Positions 48,566-62,160 of a DNA stretch of 64,000 bases are shown here, piece by piece. The stretch comes from Laetmonice hystrix. Taxonomy: Eukaryota. Both the position numbers and the translations under genes were made by a program. Location: positions 15,626,001 to 15,690,000 of the forward strand of contig OZ249436.1 of assembly GCA_965235115.1 (NCBI GenBank). The letters are read 5' to 3'. Under the pieces are notes generated by a model. That model was not told where the DNA came from. It ran no database searches and saw nothing but the letters and a program-made list of their open reading frames with translations. Every line of letters begins with the position of its first letter. Within the stretch, counting starts at the first letter, position 1.

Positions 48566-51500
48566 CTCCAATATCAAAGGGAGGGGGTGAAGTATCTCCC
48601 CCTCCCATCACATGCTCCTTAATAAGCAAGTTTAATGTTATCGGTTGGCGAAGCGATCTTGAACCGATCTTCAGGCGACCGGGCGAACCTCAACCGAGAA
48701 CCATCTCCACTAAGGCGAAGTTCGGCTCATACAGGCGATCTAGAAGCGAACTTTTCAGCTCCTGTTATCGCTTTAGATTTCGGCTTAGTGGAGACGGGTT
48801 TTGCAGTTTAATGTTATCGGTTGGCGAAGCGATCTTGAACCGATCTTCAGGCGACCGGGCGAAACTCAACCGAGAACCATCTCCACTAAGGCGATCTAGA
48901 GGCATGAATCCTTACAGGCCTCCCTGGGACGGCCAGATCACCGTGGGCTTCTTTATTTCAGTCGGAATTTGATTCTCCGCCAGGAGATACCGTTTTTGGC
49001 CTTCCAAAGTAAAACATTTTCTGGGGAAGCCAAATTTAAAGGTTTTTTTTTTCGGGGACTGTCAGCGATCGGTCGGCCGACGGCCGGATCGCTGGACATC
49101 GCTGTAACTATAGAGATTAGGTAAGAGATGATCGGCCGATGGTCGGCCGACGGACTAGAAACCGGCATTAATGAGGACACCGCTTGCCGAACTAGGCCTA
49201 CCTCTTTTGAGAAGCTATGGCGGATTTCCCCGTGACACATGTCGAACCGGTGTTTAAACCAAAGACAAAGACCAAGCGAAAGTGTAAATACAGAACTATT
49301 GATCGATACTGCTTGACGTACCTCTTACAGACAGGCACGCACTACTTTGTGTCACCGGTGTAGTAATCTAACGAGTGAGGTGGCGCGCATGACGGCCGAA
49401 GATTGCCGAAGATTGCCGAAAGGATTCGAACGTGAGAATGACGCGCCCGTTCATGCTGGTGTTTTATTAACGAAGACAACACAATGTGCCAAAAGATTAC
49501 ATATTGAGCTCGCATATACATTTGCATCCAGAACATAGGGGTACGCCCTCCTCCCGCCAGCATACACTGGCCTATTTCGCATTGATCAGTTTTTAAATAT
49601 ATAGACGCTGCACTATCTTTGGATATCTGTCCGGTGAACTGACTCAAACGGGTTGCCGGTAGTCTGGACGTACGCCATTATACATTATCGTGCCCTCATC
49701 CTTTTAGAATCATAATAAGAATCATGCCCCTGTAGACCCAGCTTCACCCCAGGCCACCTGGGCCGCATTGTGGAGAGAAGCACTCGATTTGTCTTCCGCA
49801 TGCGCTGCTTCGCCAATTTAATGGCTTCTCAATTCAGAACTCCACATCAGCGTTCTATATTATACAACATAGGATATTCTGATCATTGTTAGAAGAGGTG
49901 CTTCTTTTAGAAAGAGCCCAATGACCTAAGTATAATGAGTTGTTTCCCCAAGGTCCTTGATGGCATATCAGATTTTAATCACCTGTCATATACAAATAAC
50001 CACCCCAACTTGGTTGGTTTGGAAGTCGATTGGGGCATTTCTGTTGGGGAAAATAATGTACATATTTCGTCGGCGTCGTTTTGCCCATGCAGCGGTCTGA
50101 CACTAATGATGCCCGTTAGACTCCAAGCATGGACTCACTAGAAAAAGCTCTTATTTGTATTCTCCGTGGTTCTACAGATCACAAATAACAGAACCATATC
50201 AAAGCATGACTCAGATAGTGAGCGTCCGTTGTATGTGTGCCTGACAAAAGCTTTCCTGAGGCTTTTACTATTTCAAACAAATGTCATCGGAGCAGATGAG
50301 GTCCATGTTACTGACTCGAGCGTGTCCGCCAATAATAGCATTAATATTCTGACTGAGTGGCGGATCACATACAACCTCTGATCATTGCCTATGACAAAGT
50401 GCTTTGTAACTTAACAACATTTTATGGCCTGTCACATCGACTTACTGCACGATATATACATTCATTATCAGGCCACATAGTACATACAAGCCGCAGGCGC
50501 TAAGTGACAGAACAATCTAAAAAATAATTAAACGGTTGAGACAGAAGTTCTCGCAAGTCAAACACATTGAACCACATGAAGCAGGCCTCCATCCATCAAA
50601 CAACCTACTACCATTATGTTATACTTGGGTTTAAATCTTTCTGATAATGGCCCCAAATTTAGGAAAACTAGTTTTGGTGTTTAACTTGGTGATGGCGTTT
50701 GTATAGGTGGCAGGGTTATTCAGGTCTCAGGTTGCGATCTTGTAGTTCACTAGTTTTGTGCCGGAGGCCCCTATTGAGAGTTGCGTGACGTCACGTTACA
50801 TTATACGCCACGTGACGTTATATGTCGGGTTATGTCGAATATGGTCAGAAACGTGATATTATATGTCCCGTTACGTCACATATCAAGTGACGTGATATGT
50901 CACGTGATGTTGCACGTCACGTGATGTGATATGTCATGTCACACGCCATGTGACGTTGTAACGTTATACGTTACGTCACACGTCACGTCACGTTATACCT
51001 GACGTCACGTGATGTATGACGTCACACGTCAGGTGATCAACGTCGTGGTATATGACAACATAATTAAGAAGTTACAAATGGATTATGATTAAGGTTAGAA
51101 TTGAAGATAGGATTAAATAAAGAAATATTTAAATTATCCTAGGAATGCAGGTCCATCGGACTTATACAGGGATGCAGGTCCATCGGACCTGCATTTCAGG
51201 CTTGGATTCTTATCACACCTGTCGTGGTGTGAAACGTGACGTGGGAATTGTTTAGTAGCATTACAGGCCCATATTGAGAGGTGCTTGACGTCACATAACG
51301 TAATACGTCACGTTACGTCACATCTAATATTCGGAAATGAAAGATCCCTATGATTTACTTTTTTATAGTAACAATAGCCGTAAAATGGTGTGTGACGTCA
51401 CTTAAAATGGTGTGTGACGTCACATTACTGGGTACCATAGGGGTGCCATGTTAAAATCGGTCCGCCATCCAGGTAGGCTTACATAGGTACATAGGGACAT

Positions 51501-52014
51501 ATAGATCGAGACATAATACCGAGGCCCACATGAGGCATAGGAATATTAAAAGAACTCCCAGTGTCTCGGAAGCCAAGTAGGTAATTTTCAGTGACTGAAA
51601 TAAGATTTGGCGACTTTTAGAATGTATTTTACATAATACCCGCCAAGTCCACATGGTCATGGGCAGCTTTGGATCATATCGGAGAACCGCAATGCAGACA
51701 TATGTTTTTGTGAAACGCCACGTATAAATTGAAATCGTGAGATGCTCTCTATAATGATGTATGCCTACGTATTCACAAACGCCCCTCCCCATAACAATTA
51801 CCTATAATAGTAGCCTTAGGAGGACCTCAGCTTTAGGTTTGAACGTTTAAATAATGAATGGACAAAAAATTAATGAAAAGATGAAAACAAGTGTGATAAT
51901 TTGTTTCGACATTGCCATTGGCATTGACATTGTTGTATTTGTTGTACATGTTTTTGTACAAAAGATTTGAAGAGGAATAACACCCTCCCAACAAAAGGAG
52001 ATACGTTTTTTAGG

Positions 52015-52131
52015 TTTTAATATCACAAGTATCTTCGTTTTAATATCACATATATCTTCGTTTTAATATCACAAGTATCTTCGTTTTAATATCACATATA
52101 TCTTCGTTTTAATATCACAAGTATCTTCGTT
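52015..52131. repeat. 23-bp tandem repeat, about 5 copies
   Basis: TTTAATATCACA(AG/TA)TATCTTCGT, two variants alternating. Confidence 0.9.
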
Positions 52132-52184
52132 GAGTTTGAAAGAATTCAAATCTTGTCAGCAGGTTTAAAATCGTTCTTCGTGAA

Positions 52185-52435
52185 GGTTTACCGTCTATAG
52201 TTAACAGGAACGGGTTTACCGTCTATAGTTAACAGGAACGGGTTTACCGTCTATAGTTAACAGGAACGGGTTTACCGTCTATAGTTAACAGGAACGGGTT
52301 TACCGTCTATAGTTAACAGGAACGGGTTTACCGTCTATAGTTAACAGGAACGGGTTTACCGTCTATATTTAACAGGAACGGGTTTACCGTCTATATTTAA
52401 CAGGAACGGGTTTACCGTCTAATAACAGGAACGGG
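52185..52435. repeat. 28-bp minisatellite, about 9 copies
   Basis: GGGTTTACCGTCTATAGTTAACAGGAAC at 52212, 52240 and onward. Confidence 0.95.
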
Positions 52436-53524
52436 CTGAGGTTAATGGCGTTATGAGGGAGGAGGGGCAAAGATTGCGATTTAAATATCCATAATTCTCA
52501 TGATAGCGGCCCATCTCGACAGAAAAAGTGACGATCATAGAATAATGGCTTTAATGGTATTTCATTTAACTTTCACTGTATCAATGGATTGTATCTATTA
52601 TTGATAGCACGCCGGCAGAAAGATCGTAAAGATGTTTTTGATTAGTGTGTTGTATGGGAAAAACACAGTTTAGATACATCCTACAAGTATAGGCTGTTGG
52701 GGTTAGCTACCAGTTCATCCACATGTGCCAATGATAAGCAGGACGCCCTATAGCTGATGTATATGTGTGTTTAGGGTGGGGTGTTAGGAACCAGGGGATT
52801 GAGGGATCTTTGGGGCAGGGCAGGACCGCATCATCTGCTGTGTATCCAATGATAAAAAGCGAACATTGACATAAATATCCCTTCTTCCGTCGCATATACT
52901 TGGACATTCCGATCACGTTGAACGGGCCTTGTGTACATCCGGCGTATAGATCCATCAAGATATTTGTCCCTTCTGTCCCATGGTTGTATATTAATCACTG
53001 GGGGTATCCACAGTTGAGCACATATTGTTAAACCTCCTCCGTGGTTATCCTACGTGAAAGCAGTGGAAGCCGGGACGAACGTTCTGACGTCTGGGGCGGA
53101 CGGGTGGGCGAACGCAGCAGGCCTGGCGCTATCCCCTGCCTCACCCGACCAACCATATAACGTGCGCGCGCACTCTCGGTGCGCATTTATCTGCAAACGC
53201 CTGACGGTCTTGGCACAGGTGCTGGTCGTCCACTTCGTTAACGGGGTAACACGTAAGTTCGTGTGACATTGTGTGGCGTTTTTTTCTAGTTTGGAAGATT
53301 TTCAAACATAGAGGTTTAACTTGGAAGAATTCTAGGACGATTTAGTCAGGACACTTATTTTCATCGGGCAGAGAGGAATACTTCCGAAGCAGCAGATTGT
53401 TGTCTATAAAGTGCCATAGGAACGACCATCTCACTTGAGTACAGGTCAAACGTCGGTTATAAGTTTGAATATCTCAACTACTTTTCATGTGAACAATTTC
53501 GACAAGAAAACAGAGGATTTCAAC

Positions 53525-53985
53525 ATGGCCAACACAACGGGAGAGATGGTCAGCATTGTGACCAATGTAGTTGTTACATTAGCGTCGACCGAGGACAGCT
53601 CAACTCGTAACGGGACCACCAACAGTAGTTACCCTGCGGGCGACCTCCCACCGGCACACACGGCCCTGCCTGCCCAGCACGAGGCCATCGTCTGCCTCTC
53701 TATCCTCTTCTGTATCATCGGATTTACCGGAATCGTTGGGAACTTCCTCGTCATCTGGGTAATTGTCACGGATCGGAAGATGCGCAGCTCGGTCACGAAT
53801 CTCTTCATCTTAAACTTGGCGGTGGCCGACCTCTTAATCATGTTGTTCGGAGTTCCTGAGATCGCCCAGTTCATGATCAACCGCGGCTGGCTGCTGGGGG
53901 CCGCCATGTGTCGCCTCGAGAGATATGTGCTCGTTTTCTCTCTCTACGTCTCAATCATGTCTCTCGTCTCGGTCTGCGTCGAAAG
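53525..53985 (+). CDS. Rhodopsin-family (class A) GPCR, peptide-receptor-like, first coding exon (N-terminus to TM3)
   Basis: Strong start context AACATGG; N-glycosylation sequons NTT, NGT, NSS; TM1 GIVGNFLV, TM2 TNLFILNLAVADL, ECL1 WLLG...C, TM3 ending in ER; phase-2 donor GTAAG at 53986. Confidence 0.93.
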
Positions 53986-55206
53986 GTAAGGACGAATAGT
54001 AACCCGAACCCGAAATATAAACCTGTTCATCTGTAATCGACGTATAAAACGTCTGTCAGGTAATAGTATTGTAACATATTGATAGGGTGAATGTGATATT
54101 ATGACGCTGGGGACTTGTCGCGTATTGTTTCCATGTCGAACCTTCTAAGCCAGATAATGGAAGGGATGTGATTTCAATGGACGGACCATCATGTGTCCTG
54201 AGAGACTCTTGAATTTTGTAGATGGGCACTTGCATCAGTAGATTAATTGCGCACTCATTTATTTGCGAATATGTGGGATGTAGTGCCAAACCTCAGTACT
54301 TAAAAAAGTAGTTTAGTGTTTGCACCCCCGCTCTCGGGTATACTGGAACATAGTGATGAGGATGGCGACGTAATATAAACGATGCCAACAATCGAATTTC
54401 ATTTAGTAAAATGGGCCCCTGGACTTCACCCGAAAAAAGGAGGAACAACTACATTTTTACGTGTATAGTCATGTGAACGGCGAAATCACTATTATTAGAT
54501 GCCAAGAATCTACCATTCTATACAGGGAAAACATGCTGTTAACTGGATTTTACTTATTTACCTTGACATCATCGAGATTTACATTTAAATATTTAATCTA
54601 ATCCGAATTAATTAAATGCACAGGTCTCTGGCTGACATCCGTAATTAGATTTATCTATTTTACATTAAATCTCAGATCAGCATTCTTGGCATATCCCTGA
54701 CGAGTGTACGACAAACACTCCAGTACGTCGCCTTTAGAAAACCCTCCCGGTCACACGGAAAGAAAAGAAATTCGCATACGAAAATAAGGTCATTTTCTTG
54801 ATAATGTTTTCGAAGTATAGTCTGGACTAAAAGAAGACGTTCCTCAGATTACAGCATGCTTGAAATTGTACCATCCCACCCACTGCACATGCAAGATTAC
54901 CGACCCCTCCACCATGAACAGAAAAAACCTGACCGTGCATGTTTGCCGAGCACGCCCCCTCTCCTGGCGGTCCCACCCCACCAACAGTGTCTCGTAAATT
55001 TCAAATGGTATACGTGACCTTTAACCAAAAATATATCAGCATTAGGCTTCTCCGATATCATCCATTACTCCTCATCCTTTGTATGGCATTTTAACAAATG
55101 AATGTGATATTTTAAAAGAAGAAAAAATGCGCCAACTTGGCTTTGAAGCGTTAAAAAATCTTACAAGGGCAAGAGAATTGCACTGGCTCTGTCTGTTCCC
55201 CATGCT

Positions 55207-56056
55207 CCCGGACTGGGTCTGTTCCCCACCCAGTCTCCCGGACTGGGTCTGTTCCCCACCCAGTCTCCCGGACTGGGTCTGTTCCCCACCCAGTCTCCCG
55301 GACTGGGTCTGTTCCCCACCCAGTCTCTCGGACTGGGTCTGTTCCCCACCAAGTCTCCCGGACTGGGTCTGTTCCCCACCCAGTCTGCCGGACTGGGTCT
55401 GTTCCCCACCCAGTCTGCCGGACTGGGTCTGTTCCCCACCCAGTCTCCCGGACTGGGTCTGTTCCCCACCCAGTCTCCCGGACTGGGTCTGTTCCCCACC
55501 CAGTCTCCCGGACTGGGTCTGTTCCCCACCCAGTCTCTCGGACTGGGTCTGTTCCCCACCAAGTCTCCCGGACTGGGTCTGTTCCCCACCCAGTCTGCCG
55601 GACTCGGTCTGTTCCCCACCCAGTCTCCCGGACTGGGTCTGTTCCCCACCCAGTCTCCCGGACTGGGTCTGTTCCCCACCCAGTCTCCCGGACTGGGTCT
55701 GTTCCCCACCCAGTCTCTCGGACTGGGTCTGTTCCCCACCAAGTCTCCCGGACTGGGTCTGTTCCCCACCCAGTCTCCCGGACTGGGTCTGTTCCCCACC
55801 CAGTCTCCCGGACTGGGTCTGTTCCCCACCCAGTCTCCCGGACTGGGTCTGTTCCCCACCCAGTCTCCCGGACTGGGTCTGTTCCCCACCCAGTCTCTCG
55901 GACTGGGTCTGTTCCCCACCAAGTCTCCCGGACTGGGTCTGTTCCCCACCCAGTCTGCCGGACTGGGTCTGTTCCCCACCCAGTCTGCCGGACTGGGTCT
56001 GTTCCCCACCCAGTCTCCCGGACTGGGTCTGTTCCCCACCCAGTCTCCCGGACTGG
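55207..56056. repeat. 30-bp minisatellite, about 28 copies, in the presumed GPCR intron
   Basis: Unit CCCGGACTGGGTCTGTTCCCCACCCAGTCT, in perfect register across lines. Confidence 0.97.
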
Positions 56057-58804
56057 TATATCAAAGGCCGAGCGTGCAACGATGTGTCTGCGTTTTTTAG
56101 GATTGATCCACTGCGTTTTTCGTGTCACGCAACAATTTGCGACATGCCATCTGACGACAATCTGCGACAAACTGCTGGCAACTGTCACAGGAAGGCGCGA
56201 AATGTCGCCTGATATTTTTGTTGTTGATCAACTTTTACGACAATAGACATCATCAGAATCACCACAAGCGTGAAAGGCTTGCCGCCGAATGCCGTAAAAA
56301 ACATGCAAACAAGTTTGAAGACATTCTGCGGCAACCGACCTTGGCGCAGCATGTCGTTCTACATTGATTTTGTCGCAGGGAGCTGCCAGTATGTAGCCTC
56401 AAGAAGTCGCAAGAGATGATCAATTGGAATTTCTAAACTGTCGCAGGACGGCGCGAAGTGGTTGAAAATCTTGGGCTCATCTTACTTACGGTAATACCCA
56501 GCAAAATCCCCACCAAAGTTCTAGCCGATAGGTTTTTTGCTATAGGTCATAACCTATAGGTCTGTCTCATAGGATAACATAGCGTGTGTACCCCTGCTAT
56601 AAAACCTACGAAATAATCCTACCGTGTGTGCAGGGATGTCCCATGGTTCAATTGACCTATAGGAAAAACGTATTGCAGGGACCTGTGGCAAAAAAAGATC
56701 TATCGTCTAGACCCGGCTTTAGAAGATGGACCCGTTGTCTCAGGAAGCCGCAATTTGTCTTTTCGCATGTCGGCAATTGTCACGCGACAACAGAAAACCG
56801 CGGTGGATCAACCAAAAGCACTTGCCAATAAAGCCCGGTATACAAAGCGTATAAAGACAGCAATGGGTTAGTCTTTAGCTCCTAAAGACAAGACTGGCCG
56901 AGTCTTGTCCGGCACTGTCGTTCTGTGTACCTACACCCTCGCGACTGAAGTCAGGAGTAGTCCGGAACAGTCCATCAGTCGTCAGTTTTCTGACAGGTCA
57001 GATAAACGTGAGCGGACTGTCGTGAACAGTCCTGTCCAGTCCGTGGTTGTCTCGTGTTTATACACCCTTGTCGTAAGTCCGCGCGAGTCCACGAGTCAAC
57101 CAATCAGAAGGCCTTGCAACATCATGGGACTATGTCAATGGTCATGTGACTGTGCAAAATCGCTAAGATAGCATGGAGCAAGCAGTAGTTACGATGACGG
57201 CCACTAGGGGTGCGTTTCAAAAGCATCGTTATCCTGTCGTGCGTTAAAATCCGCATTGAAAATATATTGGTGTTAACGATACGACAAGCTAACGATAGTT
57301 CGGCTCGAAGGTCACGACACCAAACTGTCGCTGTGTGTGTACGGCGCCGTCCGGACGGGTCCGAGCGAGTCTTAAGGACTAAAAACATCCCCAGACTAGC
57401 TAGAGCTTGTTCGCTGGAGTCTCAGCCCGTGCCAGTCGTTCTGTGTATAAAATATGGCCCTATCTATGCCAGGTTGGCAGTATTTCAGCCATAGTCGGGA
57501 CGGGGTCGGGACTGTATGAAAGGGTCCAAATCCATGGACCACACAGATAATTTTGCAGTCCCTCACCAATACCCATAGAAACTCTCGCCCCATTCATCGC
57601 TTCTTAAACAGGCAGAGGCAGAGCTGAGGACTAGACTAGGCGAAAACAAGCCTTAAAACTGGAGAAATATGGGTGGTGGCTCGCGAAGTTACTCTATATC
57701 CCAGGCCCCATCGAGATAATACAAGGGGGGACTGTCAACAGTGAACTCATGGAATTGGTTATGTGCATTTATCCATTGCCCAACAGTGAACTAGTTTATT
57801 TCTGCGTCGAATCAACGTTGCATGATTGAAGTGTGGCCCACTAACATGGATCAAGGTCGTCGGGTCGAGTCGGGTCGGGTCGGTGTGGGAGGGGTTAACG
57901 ACGACAACGCGACGACCGACTGATTCTGTCCCCAACGGTTGCGAGTATTTTAAACATGTTTGCTATTCGTCGGCAGTCGGAACCATATAGAGGACAGCAT
58001 AGTCGGGAATAGACAGAGTATCCGTCTCTGTACTACGGTATACAGAGACGGACGCCCCTTAGTGCAAGTTCCTGGTGTGTTCGGTCAAATCATCCAACCA
58101 CCATGAAAACCCCTCCCCTGCCCATATATCTGGACTGAATATTGATAAACACGCTTAAAGTAACTTATCTCACTTATTTCCAAGTTTGGAAAGCACGACG
58201 AGACATAATAAGGGCAGCACAAAGTCTGGAATCGACGAATTTTGCTCTCTGCCTATCGCGGCCATTTTGACCTCCCGGGTCAGGGAGTAGCCTGGTACCC
58301 TGCCTTACAGACGCGTCCGCTATGTTACGACATACGTAGAGCAGGGGACCTTGCTAGGTCAGAGAGATGCATGCTGGGACATAAACAGGCAACGGAAGCC
58401 GCAGCTGTACGACACTTCGGAATTTGATGTTTTATCCTTAAAATACTTGTCGGGTCACTAAAAGAAGACGTTGCCCGTGATAAATGGATGCCGGTGAGTT
58501 GATCGGTAGGCCTACATGAATTTGCGCTGCCAGTGACACACCAATTTTTAACATTGAGTGGTCGTAAGCCTGACTGGCTGAGGCTTACTACGTAGGCTAA
58601 GTCGGGAAGAGTCGGGTCAGTTTGATGTGCGTGGGGACCGATACGACTACGACACGACGAGACACCTTCGATCTGCTGATCAACAGGGTGACCTAGAGGC
58701 TCTGGCTGAGGGTCATGTCGGGCTAGCGTCTCTATCTCTCCAGGTTTGGACGCCACCCACCTAGCATCCCCACTGGGTTATAAAAACCTGTGAACATTCA
58801 TCAG

Positions 58805-58945
58805 TATGGTATGCCATTGGTACTTTTATTCAGCATTTACAGACGTCTTTAAATATTTAAAGATATCTTCAAATGAATTGAAGATATCTTCAAATATTTG
58901 AAGATATGATCTGTAATTGCTGAATAATACCAACAGCGTCCCATA
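58805..58945. mobile_element. Small palindromic MITE with TATGG...CCATA ends
   Basis: TTATTCAGCATTTACAGA mirrored by TCTGTAATTGCTGAATAA; internal GAAGATATCTTCAAAT repeats; no TSD. Confidence 0.6.
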
Positions 58946-60327
58946 GTCTTACCTTTATCATCACCATCCAAATGGAGCGAATGAATAAACAACACTTGTT
59001 CTTGCCCTGAAGAAGGCCAGCTGTTGTCGATGGGACGTAAAACCGCAATCCACCAGCACCTCCGACAGGAAGGAGTGCGCCTAGAGTGGGTCCCGTTTTA
59101 CACTCATCACTATGTAATACGTAACCTGAGGGCCGTGCTTCCTGAACAGATTCTTCTTATAGGAATTATGTTTTCAGATCTTTTCATTCCTCCGCGCGGA
59201 AATGGATGAAAGCTCCTACAGAATGAGCTCCGCGTTCATCAATGTAAATCATCTGCATGGCAGAAATAATCATTCTGATAAGTGATTCATGCTCAGTGGA
59301 TGGAAAATGTTCGGCCCGCCCCTCCAAGAAAGTGGAAAATATGAAAAAAGGGGAAACAAGAAGTGGAGTAGAAGTTTTGTGTGCATTTCTACAGTGGCAA
59401 GAATATGAACATTGGATCATTGAATCCATGCGAATACTGATAATAGGTGACTTGAGGCGCTCATTAACCGGGTGCATGTTATTACGGGTTGTTTTGGCGG
59501 GTATGGTGATTTGACAAGGGGTCGACACCATGCAAGGCGTGTGCATGTTAGCCCCAAACCATTGTGTTCAACTCATTCCAGGAAAATTTCATGTAACTTT
59601 CCCAAATGACCTGAAATATGGCAATCATTCATACTTTATTATACCATTATACCTATTGGTACATGACTCGCACAAGTCGCCGTATTGGGAAAACACTCAA
59701 CAGAAGCCAAATTGATATGATGACTATGATTTTAATGGAAGTGCGCAGTGATATATGAATGGCTTCTTTCAGGTTCTCTTTATCGTCATGTAATTTTCAA
59801 GAGGTAAAGCATTAGGATCTGCGTTAATATACCATCCACTTAATGGCTCTGTTTATCACTTAGTGATGTAGTCATGTTGGATCTGTTACACACCTCGCCG
59901 GTTACCTGGGATAGCGAGCTCATGATTCTCTGATCGCTCATTCCTGCAGCTCAAAGAGCACATTGTCGGCGATGTTGCCGTCATGTGAAATGAATTGGTT
60001 ATGATGTGAACGGATGCCTGACTCAATCGGAATACATTTGTATCTGAGATTGACATCAATAACTCAATACTTTCATTTCATACCCCGTCAATAAACGTCT
60101 AAATATACGGTAGTCTTGCAAACCGAGTTATGACAAAGTTGGGAAGAATTGTTCAGTGCACGATTTGTGGATGTTGGACCGTGACATGATCCGCCACTAT
60201 AGCGGCTAACTCCAGGCATCACCATACACGACATAAGTGTGGAGGAAAGAACCGGCAGCATACATCATATACTGGGTTTAGTTGGATCTATGTACAGACA
60301 CAGCCGACGGTCTGATTGCAGTCTTCT

Positions 60328-62160
60328 CAAACCTCGTGACGCTGTGTTCGATGTAGACGTCGATCCGTGATGCCTGCCGTGTGGCGTGCCAAACCTCGTG
60401 ACGCTGTGTTCGATGGAAGCAGACGTCGATCCGTGATGCCTGCCGTGTGGCGTGCCAAACCTCGTGACGCTGTGTTCGATGGCAGTAGACGTGAGCCTGC
60501 CGTGTGGCGTGCCAAACCTCGTGACGCTGTGTTCGATGTAGACGTCGATCCGTGATGCCTGCCGTGTGGCGTGCCAAACCTCGTGACGCTGTGTTCGATG
60601 GCAGTAGACGTCGATCCGTGATGCCTGCCGTGTGGCGTGCCAAACCTCGTGACGCTGTGTTCGATGGCAGTAGACGTGAGTCTGTGATGCCTGCCGTGTG
60701 GCGTGCCAAACCTCGTGACGCTGTGTTCGATGTAGACGTCGATCCGTGATGCCTGCCGTGTGGCGTGCCAAACCTCGTGACGCTGTGTTCGATGGCAGTA
60801 GACGTGAGTCCGTGATGCCTGCCGTGTGGCGTGCCAAACCTCGTGACGCTGTGTTCGATGGCAGTAGACGTGAGTCCGTGATGCCTGCCGTGTGGCGTGC
60901 CAAACCTCGTGACGCTGTGTTCGATGGCAGTAGACGTCGATCCGTGATGCCTGCCGTGTGGCGTGCCAAACCTCGTGACGCTGTGTTCGATGGCAGTAGA
61001 CGTGAGTCCGTGATGGCTGCCGTGTGGCGTGCCAAACCTCGTGACGCTGTGTTCGATGGCAGTAGACGTTGATCCGTGATGCCTGCCGTGTGGCGTGCCA
61101 AACCTCGTGACGCTGTGTTCGATGGCAGCAGACGGACGTGGATCTGTGATGGCTGCCGTGTGGCGTGCCAAACCTCGTGACGCTGTGTTCGATGGCAGTA
61201 GACCTGAGTCCGTGATGCCTGCCGTGTGGCGTGCCAAACCTCGTGACGCTGTGTTCGATGTAGACGTCGATCCGTGATGCCTGCCGTGTGGCGTGCCAAA
61301 CCTCGTGACGCTGTGTTCGATGGCAGTAGACCTGAGTCTGTGATGCCTGCCGTGTGGCGTGCCAAACCTCGTGACGCTGTGTTCGATGGCAGTAGACCTG
61401 AGTCTGTGATGCCTGCCGTGTGGCGTGCCAAACCTCGTGACGCTGTGTTCGATGGCAGTAGACCTGAGTCTGTGATGCCTGCCGTGTGGCGTGCCAAACC
61501 TCGTGACGCTGTGTTCGATGGCAGCAGACGTGAGTCCGTGATGCCTGCCGTGTGGCGTGCCAAACCTCGTGACGCTGTGTTCGATGGCAGTAGACGTGAG
61601 TCCGTGATGCCTGCCGTGTGGCGTGCCAAACCTCGTGACGCTGTGTTCGATGGCAGTAGACGTTGATCCGTGATGCCTGCCGTGTGGCGTGCCAAACCTC
61701 GTGACGCTGTGTTCGATGGCAGTAGACGTGAGTCTGTGATGCCTGCCGTGTGGCGTGCCAAACCTCGTGACGCTGTGTTCGATGGCAGCAGACGTGAGTC
61801 CGTGATGCCTGCCGTGTGGCGTGCCAAACCTCGTGACGCTGTGTTCGATGGCAGCAGACGTGAGTCCGTGATGCCTGCCGTGTGGCGTGCCAAACCTCGT
61901 GACGCTGTGTTCGATGGCAGTAGACGTGAGTCCGTGTTGCCTGCCGTGTGGCGTGCCAGACCTCGTGACGCTGTGTTCGATGGCAGCAGACGTCGATCCG
62001 TGATGCCTGCCGTGTGGCGTGCCAAACCTCGTGACGCTGTGTTCGATGGCAGTAGACGTGAGTCTGTGATGGCTGCCGTGTGGCGTGCCAAACCTCGTGA
62101 CGCTGTGTTCGATGGCAGTAGACGTCGATCCGTGATGCCTGCCGTGTGGCGTGCCAGACA
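60328..62160. repeat. 66-bp minisatellite, about 28 copies, with 62-bp variants
   Basis: Unit GTGATGCCTGCCGTGTGGCGTGCCAAACCTCGTGACGCTGTGTTCGATGGCAGTAGACGTGAGTCC. Confidence 0.97.

Noticed and set aside
49700..50400. Possible minus-strand LINE RT remnant (IKDLG-like peptide)
   Set aside because: Only isolated short motifs; too degraded to support by eye.
52185..52435. CRISPR-like appearance of the 28-bp array (also the 30- and 31-bp arrays)
   Set aside because: Units are contiguous with no unique spacers, there are no cas genes, and the context is eukaryotic.
53090..53165. GC box and TATAA as the GPCR core promoter
   Set aside because: Short motifs expected by chance; no transcription start evidence.
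53435..53524. TTG-initiated N-terminal extension of the GPCR in the ORF track
   Set aside because: Non-ATG start; the ATG at 53525 has a strong Kozak context and gives a normal glycosylated N-terminus.
55072..56212. 292-377 aa ORFs on both strands
   Set aside because: Translations of a stop-free 30-bp repeat, open in several frames at once, with no domain signature.
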